The position numbers and the translations under genes were made by a program. Under the pieces are notes generated by a model. It was given only the letters and a program-made list of their open reading frames with translations, did not search any database and was not told where the DNA came from. A stretch of 63,477 bases of DNA, the filler included, from Welwitschia mirabilis (taxonomy: Eukaryota): the NCBI GenBank assembly GCA_051453625.1. It is 4 parts of one record of this genome, joined end to end, with 100 filler letters (N's around TTAATTAATTAA, not from the genome) between each part and the next. Parts side by side here need not be neighbours in the genome. Positions count along the whole stretch, not along the records: positions 53,545 to 60,572 come from JBOZIK010000001.1; positions 60,673 to 63,477 come from JBOZIK010000001.1; 2 more parts are not named here. One strand, written 5' to 3'. This document shows positions 53,715 to 63,477 of this stretch, in pieces (the stretch's first letter is position 1; every line of letters begins with the position of its first letter).

Positions 53715-56094
53715 AGTTGGATGATCCTACTTTTCTTTGCAACCTTTAAGTCTAAGTTTAAATTTGACTTACAACACTTGAAAAGCTGATAATCTAATTA
53801 CACACAATTCACATTAACATAGTGGGGTTAACCTAATTGTCATATACTTAGAGAAGACTTCAAAAAAATAATTCAAATAGTTGATTTTAGAAAGAGAAGG
53901 AGAACATATTTTTAAATTTTTCTTTTATAAGAAATAAAATAGAATAATACAAGGATGAAGATGAAAGGCAATGAAATGAAATGCAATGCAATGTAGAATG
54001 AATGCAAATATAATGTAATTAATTAAATAAATTTCCAATCTATTGTGACTTAGATTGATCCTTATAGCCTATAACTTATAAGGCAGAAACAAGAAAGTAT
54101 TTGAAAAGAATTCTAATTTAATCAATATCTTTATTAACAAAATTAAAGTACATCCACTTAGAACAATAACTCTTCAATGGAAGATTCACTTCCTAACACT
54201 AAGATAGTCCTCACAAGTAGGATGGATCTTCTTACTCCTAATAATATATGTTATAAGAAATTTGATGCCATAAAGATATGAAATAAGGCCCAAGAAGGTC
54301 TATTTATAGTTTGGGATGAATGATGAAGGGTATCCAAAAAAGACATGATTAGGATCTAAACTTTCATAACCATTGGATTAGTTTTTAAAACTGTTCTATT
54401 TGTCATCCTTTTCATCATCCCTATGATATAGTGGATGACCACTCCAATCACCAACTAATGCTTAACACATATTAACCATTCAACATGTGCTAACTATGAT
54501 TCTGAGTGTTGTTCAAAGAATATAGGAAACGACTATTTAATTGTTCTTATTATATGTCCTTCTACAATGGTTATTTCAACAACTGATAGAACAAATATCA
54601 GATCTTATCAAATAGCTACTATTTTACATAAGTCATCCTAATAACATAGTAAATGACTAGTTTTTCTTACTTAACTCCATCTTGATCATTGTGCTTTGGT
54701 CGATCATTATGCAAAAATAGCTTTATGTGTTGAAAATTATTTCATTTCATGATATGTATGAAAGCTTTTCATAATTTACATAAATCCTTAAAAACCCTAT
54801 TAATAAGAGCTAAAAATGTGCTCCAAAAGTATGTTAAATAGGTTAATTTGGCTTTGCAACATAGCCCCAAACTTAGCATTTACCAGTTCCTATTAAAGTA
54901 AGCAGATAATAAGTCATAAGCCAAACTAATAAAATGATCAAGAAAAGAAAAGGAAACACAAAACATGTATATATCATCAGAATTAGGTTTTAAGTACAAA
55001 ATGCAAAATACATCAAATCTGTTAAGAAGCACAAGTAAAATAGATGTATACTATCAAGAATTAGCTTAACATCATTTCATATATTTATATCAAGTAAAGG
55101 TAGGTGAAACATTTTACCCATAAATCATATAATACATGTGTCTACCCCCAACTAACTACATAAGCCATGAATAAAAGGAGAAGAAATTAGTCTAGATATG
55201 AAAAATCATCCTACATGGAAATTTAAGGTAGCCATGAATTAGATCCGATAAATGCATGTTTTTAAAGCATAAAGAGATGATAAATTAGAGTAAGAGCTCA
55301 TGATTATAAGGTTAAATTACAAAAGAGATCATAAAAAAGAAATATTATTTAGGAAGGGTCAAGCGGGAGAGAATCAATGCCATCATATTAAAGGATGCTT
55401 AAGGTGAAGGTTAATTCGATTTTATGCATAATAGTTAAGTGCTAAAAAATGTAACAAGTATATTAGAAAAATGATAAAGTCCTAAGCATTATTTTATAAA
55501 AAGTCAAAAAAATGACTTTGAGAAGACAAATCAATAAACTAAGATAAGATAAAAAAGAAAATGAACAAGATAGAACATGAAGAAGATTAACTTTTTACCC
55601 TAAATTCAAACCTAGAAAAACTTTTTAGTCAAGGTTATAAAGCTACTTGATATAAAAATGCATGATTGAATGTAACACATCATAGAGTACAATTTGAAAG
55701 GGTAGTGATGATGATAATATTTAATGGTTATTTTTGTAAAGTATCAAGTTAGGTTTAAAGTATAATTCCTCATCTTCAGTTGTAACAACCATAGTCCTTT
55801 GATAAGATATCATCTAATGATCAATATACTCATAAGCTTACAAACTCTATGCCTTAGAGTAATGGAAGTTTTTAAGTCAATGGGATGTTAAAAAACACCA
55901 ATCATCATGATGAGGGGAGTGTAAAAGCTACTAAAAGAATAAGAACCCATAAGGTGAAGCTAGATCATAATCAACTAATCCTCTGATGGAGTTCCTATAA
56001 CTATTATATCATACTGCCAACCCTCTCAAAAAATTTACACTAGTATGCTTATAGTAGTACATCAGGATATAATTGCATGAGGGTGGTACATATA

Positions 56095-56137
<43 letters not shown>

Positions 56138-56180
56138 TTATTCTTTCTTGTTCTTTTTCATTGACTTAGACTCCCATTTT
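53715..56180 (-). mobile_element. Athila-type 3' LTR (~53715-54861), PPT and 3' internal region
   Basis: LTR end TTGCAACA at 54861, then TAGCCCCAAACTTAGC; shares CATCCACTTA and GGATCTTCTTA motifs with the other LTRs. Confidence 0.7.
56090..56134. repeat. (TA)n microsatellite
   Basis: Directly visible. Confidence 0.9.
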
Positions 56181-57030
56181 TAANNNNNNNNNNNNNNNNN
56201 NNNNNNNNNNNNNNNNNNNNNNNNNNNNNNNNNNNNNNNNNNNNNNNNNNNNNNNNNNNNNNNNNNNNNNNNNNNNNNNNNNNNNNNNNNNNNNNNNNNN
56301 NNNNNNNNNNNNNNNNNNNNNNNNNNNNNNNNNNNNNNNNNNNNNNNNNNNNNNNNNNNNNNNNNNNNNNNNNNNNNNNNNNNNNNNNNNNNNNNNNNNN
56401 NNNNNNNNNNNNNNNNNNNNNNNNNNNNNNNNNNNNNNNNNNNNNNNNNNNNNNNNNNNNNNNNNNNNNNNNNNNNNNNNNNNNNNNNNNNNNNNNNNNN
56501 NNNNNNNNNNNNNNNNNNNNNNNNNNNNNNNNNNNNNNNNNNNNNNNNNNNNNNNNNNNNNNNNNNNNNNNNNNNNNNNNNNNNNNNNNNNNNNNNNNNN
56601 NNNNNNNNNNNNNNNNNNNNNNNNNNNNNNNNNNNNNNNNNNNNNNNNNNNNNNNNNNNNNNNNNNNNNNNNNNNNNNNNNNNNNNNNNNNNNNNNNNNN
56701 NNNNNNNNNNNNNNNNNNNNNNNNNNNNNNNNNNNNNNNNNNNNNNNNNNNNNNNNNNNNNNNNNNNNNNNNNNNNNNNNNNNNNNNNNNNNNNNNNNNN
56801 NNNNNNNNNNNNNNNNNNNNNNNNNNNNNNNNNNNNNNNNNNNNNNNNNNNNNNNNNNNNNNNNNNNNNNNNNNNNNNNNNNNNNNNNNNNNNNNNNNNN
56901 NNNNNNNNNNNNNNNNNNNNNNNNNNNNNNNNNNNNNNNNNNNNNNNNNNNNNNNNNNNNNNNNNNNNNNNNNNNNNNNNNNNNNNNNNNNNNNNNNNNN
57001 NNNNNNNNNNNNNNNNNNNNNNNNNNNNNN

Positions 57031-60000
57031 CTGATTTAATCTACTTAAGAAGCTTGGGAGAGCTGTCATTTTCAATGTTTCCCGGATGACAGTAAGGACA
57101 ACAACACAACTACTTATCATGAAATAGCACATGGAACAGCACATGGAGCACATGAAGCACATAGAGCATGGAGGCGTCATCCCCTATGTCATCTTCATAA
57201 CAGGTAGGACGATGACATTGTAAAAATGGAAAAAAGCTGTAGGTTGACAGCAGGGCATGAAGACATGTGACATATGGTAACATCCCCTATGTCATCCCAA
57301 AAACAGATGGAATGACAACTATTTTTGCATGTTCTAAAATAAATATTTTTGGAAATGAGGTCAAACGAGGCTACTAGGTTTTTCTTTACTAATGTCTAGG
57401 GTTACAGTTCCAGAAATTTTAATGTAAAACTATAAATACCTCCTTTGTCCTCACTTACAATCCATCTTTTGTACTTGATATGCTTATGTGGAAGCTTAAA
57501 GGATAAGAGGTCCATCTACTGGCTACAGAAAGGGGTTTTCTTGGTGTTAGGCTGAGTTTTTTCCATTGAGGTGGTGTTATTCTATTGTAAGTGGATGTAA
57601 AGTTCTTTGAATCAATACAAATACTCTTTTCATTCCAATTCTATAAATGTCCCTTATGGTTTAAGTTAGTTATAGTCAAGTGACAGTAATATGATTTATT
57701 TAGATCATGAGGGTAACCTTTATTAAGGTTGACTTTGGTTAATTTAGATTTGCATTTCAATACCATATTGCATATTTCATATTCTAGTTGGTAGATATCA
57801 TAATTTATGTGGATTAAGAACTAGTTGAATGCTCTTCTTAATTGATATGAACTATAGAAAAGACACTCTTTGTGGCAGAAAGACTAGAAGATAGTCCTTA
57901 TGATAGAAGGATTAGGAACTAAGAGAATCAATTTCATTTCTACTTTCATTCACTCACATTTCATATCCATTCATCTTACATTACTTTTACATTGCTATTT
58001 ACTTTAAGTTATTAAAAGACTAAAGACTAAAAATACCTTTAGAAATCAATTCTCTGACTCTAAGTCTAGTGCCTTCATTAGGATTACGACATTTGAGTGA
58101 ACTCCCATCTATATTAGCATGTGTTTTCTATAAGTTATTTGATTTATAAGTTTATCTAAAAAGATTCAAGATTGCATAAATTCACATCGCAACATTTTAG
58201 CACCATTGTCTGGGAAGGCCGCAAGGAGCTAAGAGAATTATTATTAACCAAATAAGTACCTTGAATCTTTTTCTTTAGGTTATTTATTTGAATTAATGCT
58301 ATATTTATAGTGTAGTTTAAAGTACATTTGTTATTGCAAAATTTTATTTTCTGTAATTTTTTAGGGACTTATCATTTTATCTGTCATCCCAATGATATAG
58401 GGCATGTCATCTCTAAAATTTTGAATTTATTTTCTTTTTTTACGATTTTTATTATGCTCATAGTTTAGTAACAAAGGTACTGTCATCCTATTTGTTATCC
58501 ATATGATATGCTGGACAATATTCCAAGTGTCAGTAATCTTTCTTTTTTGAAGTTTTTAGAGTTTAGTTTTCTTGTTATCATCATCCCTCTTATCGTCCAC
58601 ATGACCAGGTGGACGATGGTTCCTGCATTTTATTCTAGCTTTTGTTACTATATGTACATGCAACGATACAAAGAATTCTAGTAGGAAGACAAAATATTAG
58701 CTAGCAAGGAACTGAATTAATAAAAACATTAAAAAAGAATTATTCAACTTCAAAATAAAAATCCAGGTATGCACAACACAGGTACACAAATTCTGGGATT
58801 TATTTTTCTTTTTTAAAATTAGATTTTCTTTTCTCCTTGTAGTTAATTTTAATAATGATTCCACGCTATACTTATCTTTCTTATCATCTTAAATTAAAAT
58901 TATCTTGTTCCATTCTTCTCACTTGCTTTAATGAATAGTAATAAAAGGATAATTATGAAATTTCTTTCTAAAAGGAGAAGAAACTTACAAAATGATGAGG
59001 ACATTGATAAGAAAACACTTTGAGAGATTTTTGCTAAAAGAGAAAGATCATTACAAAATAATGTTGAGAATAGAAATTGAGCCCTTTCTTCTTTTCAACC
59101 TACTTATTATTTCCCCTCTTTTTTTCAAACCTCACATAGAAATGATGATGAAGATTCTCCATATTTTATGGATTCCACCTCATTTAGACAAACTTTTTAC
59201 AATAATTTTTATCAATTCCAATCATCTTATATGCATTATTATGAAGCAGAATCATCTTTCATTAACTACTATGAGGAAGAAAAAGATCCATTAATAGAAA
59301 TAATTGATGAAATAAAGAAGAATCAAGAAAACACCAATAAGAACTTGGCAAAATTAGTTGAAAACTTACAATAATCACCCTTACATAGTCAAGGATCTTT
59401 TACAATACAACAACCTCACAACTATCCTATTTCATCCAAACTTGAGGAAAATGAAGAAAACTTAGAAACCACTAATGATGATGATTTTTGCTTTCAACTT
59501 GAAGATAGAATTGTAAATAAAACTTCAACATCCTACTTATTAAAAGATAAGCAAAAAAGAGATAATAATAATAAAACTCAACATTTCAAAAATTGGCATA
59601 AAGATGAGCATTCATTAGATAATGATATTGAGATATTAGATTATATCCCCACCATTCATTTACTATTAGATAATCAAAATGAGAAATCCAATCATTAGGA
59701 AACTAAAAACCTTTTAATTAATAATGAAGATGATGCTCTTGTTTTTCTTGATAATTTTTTTGATGATTTCAATCACCCAGAGAATAAAAGCACTCTTCAA
59801 CAAAAAGAAGGAAGATGTAGTTACAACCAATGATGCAGAAAGTACAGAAATAATCCAACTAAATAATGACATGGATATTAGTGAAGAAAATGAAATCAAT
59901 AAAGGACCTATGGAGATTTATTCAAACTTATAGAGAATAGACTTATTTATTTTACCCATATTTCTACATTCTCTCCATCTATGCATTCATGTACAATTTC

Positions 60001-60572
60001 AAATTACATCCTTTCCTTCACTCCTCCTTTCACTTCTATTTCTACTTTTCCATTACCTCATAACTTTGATAATGATAAACTTTCTCCATCTATTCCAATT
60101 ACACCTACATATAATTCTCAAGGCCATGTTCCTTTCCTTGACTCTCATAACACCCATTACTTTAAAGAGTCTATTTCTCCTGTCTCTCAATCTCTTCCTT
60201 TTAAATCTTTATATGATCCTTAAAGTAACATTCATTCTTTTTATACCAAGTCCAATATATCTTATTCTTTTAATGGTTATTATTTTCAAAAATTTGACTT
60301 GGAATATCTTGGAATTTTACATTGGAATAAGCCTTATCTTCCTGATGATATTTCATGCTTAAAATTAAATCTTAAGGAGCTTCTCAATCTTATTAAACAT
60401 TCTCAAAAGTCCTTAAAGATTATTTGAATTCATTTTTTGAATAATACCTTGAATGAATTATATAATGATACTCATGATTTATACTATTTGCATAAGAGAT
60501 TATTTGGTAATGAAACTTATCACGTCTTTATCTCTTATTTCAATTTTGAAAATTGTACTATCAAATTTTTAT
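57031..60572 (+). mobile_element. Athila-type element: 5' LTR (to 58194), PBS, 5' UTR and unknown degenerate ORF, cut by scaffold end
   Basis: LTR end CATCGCAACA, PBS TTTTAGCACCATTGTCTGGGA (58195-58215), TATA box CTATAAATA at ~57430. Confidence 0.85.
58990..60570 (+). pseudogene. Degenerate ORF of unknown function, homologous to 23860-25300
   Basis: Blocks EIKKNQENTNKNLAKLVENLQ, DIEILDYIPTIHLLLD, MEIYSNL and FQKFDLEYLGILHWNKPYLPDDISCLKLNL. Confidence 0.6.
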
Positions 60573-60672
60573 NNNNNNNNNNNNNNNNNNNNNNNNNNNN
60601 NNNNNNNNNNNNNNNNTTAATTAATTAANNNNNNNNNNNNNNNNNNNNNNNNNNNNNNNNNNNNNNNNNNNN
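60573..60672. other. Artificial scaffold linker
   Basis: N44-TTAATTAATTAA-N44. Confidence 0.95.
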
Positions 60673-62392
60673 TGTAATGCAAAAACAATCCTAACACTGC
60701 TTGCTTTCAACTTTAATAAAGGATGCCCTTGATGATCTATGTCACCAAAGAAATTATCACTAGATCAAGGGCAATCATAAATCATAAGGGTAATCAAAAA
60801 ATATAAGATGCAAACATGAAAAGAAAACCAAGTTTTTTATTAAAAGAGTAACAACATCTAGGTTACAAAACAACTAGGTCTCAATAGAGGATACATAGCC
60901 CTCTACTAAGTGCACATCTTTCTATAACACATGCAGATGGATCTCCCATCCTTTGATCTCCTATTATGAGAATGTTCAGTGTAATAAAGATGCGAAGAAG
61001 AGTCAAGGGAGAATTTTATTTATAAGAAAATACAATAGAAAAGGATAAATAGTAGGTGAGGAAAGGCGCGCTCATTTACAAATCAGAAATGGATGAAATA
61101 ATTAAGGGAATCTGTTAGAGTCAGTTACATATCAGTTTTATCTGGGATGTCATCTGAATGATAATGGGGATACTAGTACATTATAGAATATTCTTAAAAT
61201 GATAACTCAGTAGTCCACATCAGTAGTTGTCATCCTACCTATTGTGAGGAGAATGAAGGAAACGACAGTTTTCTTTGATTATTTTCTTGATGAAAAAATT
61301 AGTATTTTTGTTATTAATTCTTCTTTAAATCTTTGTGCATTAGAAAGCTTCTTTAATACATTAAATTTAGATAAAAATTACATTTTTCTGAGATTTCCTC
61401 TTGTATCTTCAAAATCCTCAGAATTGCACCTAAACCTATATAAAAATCCTGTNNNNNNNNNNNNNNNNNNNNNNNNNNNNNNNNNNNNNNNNNNNNNNNN
61501 NNNNNNNNNNNNNNNNNNNNNNNNNNNNNNNNNNNNNNNNNNNAAATCTAGGCAGACAAACCATAATTGCAAGCTAATTTATTTTTTAAAAGATAAATCT
61601 AGAAGTTTATAAAATAGGCTCATAAAATGCATCACATAGAGAAATGTCAAGTAATGCATAATGTGTATGAAATTTTGAAAATTTTATGTCATGAAATATC
61701 TAAATTAAGTTAAAAATTTTTGAAAAATAAGCCATGAAAATGGGTCTCTGCCCCCTCCTCCCCTCATAGAAAAGTAATACATCCCTTATTATAAAATAAA
61801 GTAAAGAAAGTAAATGGGAGTGAGAAGGTAGATAAAAGAGGACAAATTTTCAAAACGAAATGCAAAGTTGAGTAATATCAGATTTAAAAAATAAATCAAT
61901 AAAATATTTTAACAAAAAATGTTTCATCACAAAACACACATGAGTAGTGCTTACAATAGAAAAATATTAAAAAACAAATTTATTTTAAAAAACACTTATC
62001 AAAGCAAGAAATTATCTTTTTATTGAAAACTTAAATAAGGAAAACATGCTAAGAAAATATGGTAATGACTTTAAAACAACTAATTAGACCACAAAAGAAA
62101 ATAAAAAGAATGGACATAAGATAACATAAATAAAAGATAGCTTATCAATCTGATATTCTAACCTAATAGACTCTCATAAAAGTAATCATAACATTACTTA
62201 CTATAGAAAATGCATGACTTAATGTACAAAAATTCCATTCGATAAGGCAGTGATTATGACAATGCTAGAGAAAATGCTTTAAATAATAAATGATTAGATC
62301 AAAAAAATTGCTCAAAAAGTAAAATCTCTTATTATTATTCCAAAACAAACATCCAAATCTCAAGAAATGAAATGATCATATGGAAAGACTGA
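60673..62392 (-). mobile_element. Third copy of the 51098-53444 Athila-type family (partial LTR and 3' internal region)
   Basis: 60673-61452 aligns with ~51345-52118; 61550-62030 aligns with ~52860-53444. Confidence 0.85.
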
Positions 62393-62787
62393 NNNNNNNN
62401 NNNNNNNNNNNNNNNNNNNNNNNNNNNNNNNNNNNNNNNNNNNNNNNNNNNNNNNNNNNNNNNNNNNNNNNNNNNNNNNNNNNNNNNNNNNNNNNNNNNN
62501 NNNNNNNNNNNNNNNNNNNNNNNNNNNNNNNNNNNNNNNNNNNNNNNNNNNNNNNNNNNNNNNNNNNNNNNNNNNNNNNNNNNNNNNNNNNNNNNNNNNN
62601 NNNNNNNNNNNNNNNNNNNNNNNNNNNNNNNNNNNNNNNNNNNNNNNNNNNNNNNNNNNNNNNNNNNNNNNNNNNNNNNNNNNNNNNNNNNNNNNNNNNN
62701 NNNNNNNNNNNNNNNNNNNNNNNNNNNNNNNNNNNNNNNNNNNNNNNNNNNNNNNNNNNNNNNNNNNNNNNNNNNNNNNNNNNNNNC

Positions 62788-63477
62788 TAAGATATTTTCA
62801 CTATTCAGAAAAATATAAAAAATAAAGTATCTTCTTTTAATTGAAGTTTATGGACTTGTAAATGTCCTAAGATTGGGTGAATTCAATCTTACCACTGAAA
62901 CACCCAAGTCAAAAGACTAGTCATGAAAATAAATACATAACTCAAGTTTAAAAAATGATCAAGTAATGCCATAATAATATTTCAAAGGAAAAATCTAAGA
63001 GAAAATTTAGATAGTTTTCTCATACAATTCCAAATTTTTACCCATTTATTTCCTACAATTCTTAAGCAATCAAGTCAAAAATCTTAACATAGTTATAAAA
63101 ACGTATTTTTTGAAATAATAGAAAATAAAAATAAACATTTTATTGACTATTGTTATTCTTGTCATTCAGATGACAAAGGGAACAACATAGACAGAGAAAC
63201 AAAAAAATTATCAGAAAACATAAAAAATTATTAAAAAGCTAAAAAATTCAACAAAGCTGATTATTGTACACCTTATCATGGAGATGACAGATAAGACGAC
63301 AAATTATTATGACAAAAATAGAAAATAGAAACTACAAACAAAAATAAGAACAAAAATCAGAAAATAAAAATAAAGACTCTTAGAAAAAAAAATTGAAAAG
63401 AAAATCTTAAGGTAAGCAAAATTTTATCTAGATTCTAAATCTAAAGAACACTTTTATTAAAAAAAAAAGAAGAAAAA
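62788..63477 (-). mobile_element. Probable Athila-type 5' UTR fragment
   Basis: GATGACA motifs are the reverse complement of TGTCATC motifs in 58380-58620. Confidence 0.45.

Noticed and set aside
56158..57180. 340-aa ORF and other X-rich ORFs (19969, 33344, 52544, 52917, 62380)
   Set aside because: Artefacts of translating through N gaps and microsatellites.

Overview
AT-rich, CpG-depleted plant (probably angiosperm) nuclear DNA made almost entirely of old, nested, degenerate LTR retrotransposons. I see no intact protein-coding gene, RNA gene or CRISPR array. The window joins at least four scaffolds through artificial N44-TTAATTAATTAA-N44 linkers. Resolvable structures: (1) a full-length decayed SIRE/Maximus-like Ty1/copia (765-8584, TSD AAAGC) inserted in the 5' LTR of a Tekay/Del Ty3/gypsy (to ~15868); (2) a minus-strand copia split by a pol-less Athila-type element (19592-27163, TSD ATGTT/ATGTC) and cut again by a second Athila-type LTR; (3) further Athila-type LTRs, an Athila integrase remnant and other copia/gypsy fragments; (4) a ~1.8 kb foldback element with ~600 bp inverted arms; (5) a possible Helitron-type RPA70 remnant. 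The best novelty candidate is a degenerate ORF, not recognisably Gag or Pol, that sits after the PBS in two diverged Athila-type elements and shows codon-level conservation. All comparisons were made by eye; boundaries marked ~ are approximate.
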